A DNA stretch of 54,634 nucleotides from Patescibacteria group bacterium (lineage in GTDB: Bacteria > Patescibacteriota > Microgenomatia > Levybacterales > UBA12049). The notes under the pieces were generated by a model. The model saw nothing but the letters and a program-made list of their open reading frames with translations. It did no database searches and was not told the origin of the DNA. Location: the NCBI GenBank assembly GCA_035715145.1, contig DASTLH010000033.1, positions 1-54,634 of the forward strand. Direction: 5' to 3'. The stretch's first letter is position 1; the number at the start of each line of letters is the position of its first letter. The translations under genes were made by a program, and so were the position numbers. Shown here in pieces: positions 52,532 through 54,634 of this stretch.

Positions 52532-53314
52532 TTAGGAGAATTTTTCTTTCAGAACTGTCCATATAAAAGAAAGAAGTGCCAATTGTCTTTTAAATCGCCA
52601 GGGTTGACGAATCAACCGGAAAAGCCATTCTAACCCAATCGCTCGTAAAAAAGCCGGAGCACGCTTTACTTGCCCTGAAATGTAGTCCAACGAGCCCCCT
52701 ACTCCAATCATGACACTCACGTCTACCTTTCCACTGTGCTCTGCCATCCATAATTCCTGTTTTGGAAAACCAAAAGCAACAAAAAGAATGTCTATGTGCG
52801 TTGATTGTTTTTTGTTTTCCCACTCGTCAGAAACATACACTATCTTAAGCTCAGGGAATTTCTGCTTCAAGCACTCTGATGCCATCTCTGCTATTTTACC
52901 TCGACCTCCAAGAAAGCCCGCCGTTATAGGCCGATCTGCAATTTTTTCACAGATTTTTTCCACGAAATCGACCCCTGTAAAGCGCTCTTTTATGTGTTTA
53001 CCCAAAATCATGCCTGAGAGTGAAAGGCCTACCCCGTCTACTAAGGCTATTTTGGCATTATTAATGACCTGTTGGAAGTCTTTATGACGTCTTGCAAACA
53101 TCACAATTTCGGGATTTGGGGTAACAATGTAATATGGTTTTGTCTCTTTTTCTAAAGAATCGACAACAAACTCTAGGACATCTTCGGAAGAAGCATTGGT
53201 GACCTGTATCCCCAACAATGAAATTTTCATCAAATCTTGAGATTTTCTATAAGCCAGATTTGTCTTAATTGAGGCATTTCCAATCATCTTAGTTTGAGTA
53301 TTATTAGTGCTCAT
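52532..53314 (-). CDS. WecB/TagA/CpsF-family glycosyltransferase
   Basis: YIVTPNPEIVMFA, LVDGVGL, AGFLGG, LFVAFGFPKQELW and IGVGGSLDYISGQVKRAP are family hallmarks. Confidence 0.85.
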   Translation of the reverse strand: MSTNNTQTKMIGNASIKTNLAYRKSQDLMKISLLGIQVTNASSEDVLEFVVDSLEKETKPYYIVTPNPEIVMFARRHKDFQQVINNAKIALVDGVGLSLSGMILGKHIKERFTGVDFVEKICEKIADRPITAGFLGGRGKIAEMASECLKQKFPELKIVYVSDEWENKKQSTHIDILFVAFGFPKQELWMAEHSGKVDVSVMIGVGGSLDYISGQVKRAPAFLRAIGLEWLFRLIRQPWRFKRQLALLSFIWTVLKEKFS

Positions 53315-53465
53315 GATTTAAAGCTGATAAAACCATTAATAGCTATAAACTTGCAAATATTTCTGGTTTTTATGAGACCCATACTATAGAACCTTACAAT
53401 TTCTTATTTAAACTCTTACCTGTTTTTTTCACAAAAGTATTTTCTATCTGTAAAATACCTATAAG

Positions 53466-54479
53466 TTATTTCTTGCTAATACTCCGTTTATAGAGCTCAA
53501 TATTCTCTAAAGCCACGCCTGTCCCGCGCACAACACACAACAAAGCGTCTTCTGCCACATGACACGGAACCCCAGTCTGACTTGTCATGAGTTTATCAAA
53601 ATTGTACAGCTGACTTGTGCCTCCACTCATAACAATTCCTTTATCAATAATGTCACTTGCAAGCTCTGGAGGGGTATCTTCAAGCACCCGTTTAATGCCA
53701 CCTATCATTTCTAAAAGAGTCGGACGAATAGCCTCATTAACCTGAAGTTCGGTCAACTCAATGGTTTTGGGAAGCCCAGAAATGCTGTCTCTGCCTCTAA
53801 TTTCCATTTTTCGCACTTCTCCCTTATGATCGTCAACAAAGGCATTTCCTATGGTTATTTTAATTTCTTCAGACGTTCTCTCCCCAATAAGCAGATTGAA
53901 TTTCTTTTTTACATAGTTGGCAATTGCTTCATCTATTTTATTTCCAGCAACTCGTACTGAATTATGAACAACTACTCCGCCCAAAGAAATAACTGCAGCC
54001 TCAGTAGACCCTCCACCAATATCAACAACCATATGTCCGGCAGGCTGAGCAATAGGAATTTTGGCACCAATAGCAGCGGCGAGAGGCTCATCGATAAGGT
54101 ATGCTGTTTTTGCGCCAGCAGCCATGGTTGCGTCCAAAACAGCTCGGCGCTCTACTTGAGTCACGCCTGAGGGAATACAAATCATCACTTCCGGCTTAAA
54201 AAAACGGGATTTGCCACAAGCTTTATCTATAAAGTAAGAAAGCATTGCCTCTGTAATAGTGTAATCCGCTATCACACCGTCTTTGAGCGGACGCTGGGCA
54301 ACGATATTGCCAGGAGTTCTGCCAAGCATTTCTTTTGCTTCTTTTCCCACAGCCACAACTTTGTTGTCCTCTGCCGTAACAGCAACAACGGTTGGTTCAT
54401 TTAATACAATTCCTTCTCCTGCCAGATAGACAAGAGTATTTGCAGTTCCTAAATCAATACCGACTCGTTTGGATAACAT
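53466..54479 (-). CDS. mreB: rod-shape-determining protein MreB
   Basis: VGIDLGTANTLVY, VVDIGGGSTEAAVISLGG and GIVMSGGTSQL actin-fold motifs. Start at MLSKRVG. Confidence 0.95.
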   Translation of the reverse strand: MLSKRVGIDLGTANTLVYLAGEGIVLNEPTVVAVTAEDNKVVAVGKEAKEMLGRTPGNIVAQRPLKDGVIADYTITEAMLSYFIDKACGKSRFFKPEVMICIPSGVTQVERRAVLDATMAAGAKTAYLIDEPLAAAIGAKIPIAQPAGHMVVDIGGGSTEAAVISLGGVVVHNSVRVAGNKIDEAIANYVKKKFNLLIGERTSEEIKITIGNAFVDDHKGEVRKMEIRGRDSISGLPKTIELTELQVNEAIRPTLLEMIGGIKRVLEDTPPELASDIIDKGIVMSGGTSQLYNFDKLMTSQTGVPCHVAEDALLCVVRGTGVALENIELYKRSISKK

Positions 54480-54634
54480 AGTACAAAGTGGCAAAAGACC
54501 ATATCAGTATAGTACGCAACTACATCAATTAGCCTTACAGCCGTATAAAATTGATTATAGAGGCCTACATTTTTTGTTGCAAGTGCCTATTTAGCGAGGT
54601 ATAATAAAGAAATGAAGAAACAGTTATTCCTTTC

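Noticed and set aside
1-54634. Alternative genetic code (UGA recoded, as in some candidate phyla)
   Set aside because: TGA terminates the ORFs ending at 4963, 8955 and 34239 at sensible protein lengths, and long uninterrupted ORFs are obtained with the standard code.

Overview
This window looks like a chromosomal segment of a low-GC, reduced-genome bacterium. The gene content and the number of orphan genes fit a Candidate Phyla Radiation / Patescibacteria (Microgenomates-like) organism, but that placement is an inference. Standard genetic code: TGA ends several conserved genes. Recognisable core genes are def-fmt, rpmB, an M50 protease, a tRNA-Thr/Tyr/Thr-rpmG-tRNA-Trp block, prs, galU, secE-nusG-rplK-rplA, rplJ-rplL, galT-like, tagA/wecB-like and mreB. 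Envelope genes include an O-antigen-ligase-like protein, two polysaccharide deacetylases, a class-A beta-lactamase-like protein, PAP2 and many membrane-anchored Pro/Thr-linker surface proteins. About a third of the window is orphan ORFs with no family I recognise. No rRNA, CRISPR array, transposase or integrase was seen. Leads worth a second look: (1) a 640-aa orphan with a RelE/ParE-like C-terminal domain that abuts rplA; (2) a compact lipid operon built around an archaeal-type CarS homologue; (3) more than 20 genes with a sigma70-like -10 box only 6-12 nt from the start codon, implying leaderless mRNAs; (4) the usually contiguous tRNA-Trp/secE/rplKAJL/rpoB cluster split by orphan-rich blocks, with a degenerate copy of the tRNA-Trp 3' end just downstream of that tRNA; (5) a cluster of glycine-zipper membrane proteins with duplicated promoters; (6) orphans carrying HExxH, transglutaminase-like Cys-His-Asp and YD-like motifs. 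All family calls rest on motifs read by eye; nothing was searched against a database.
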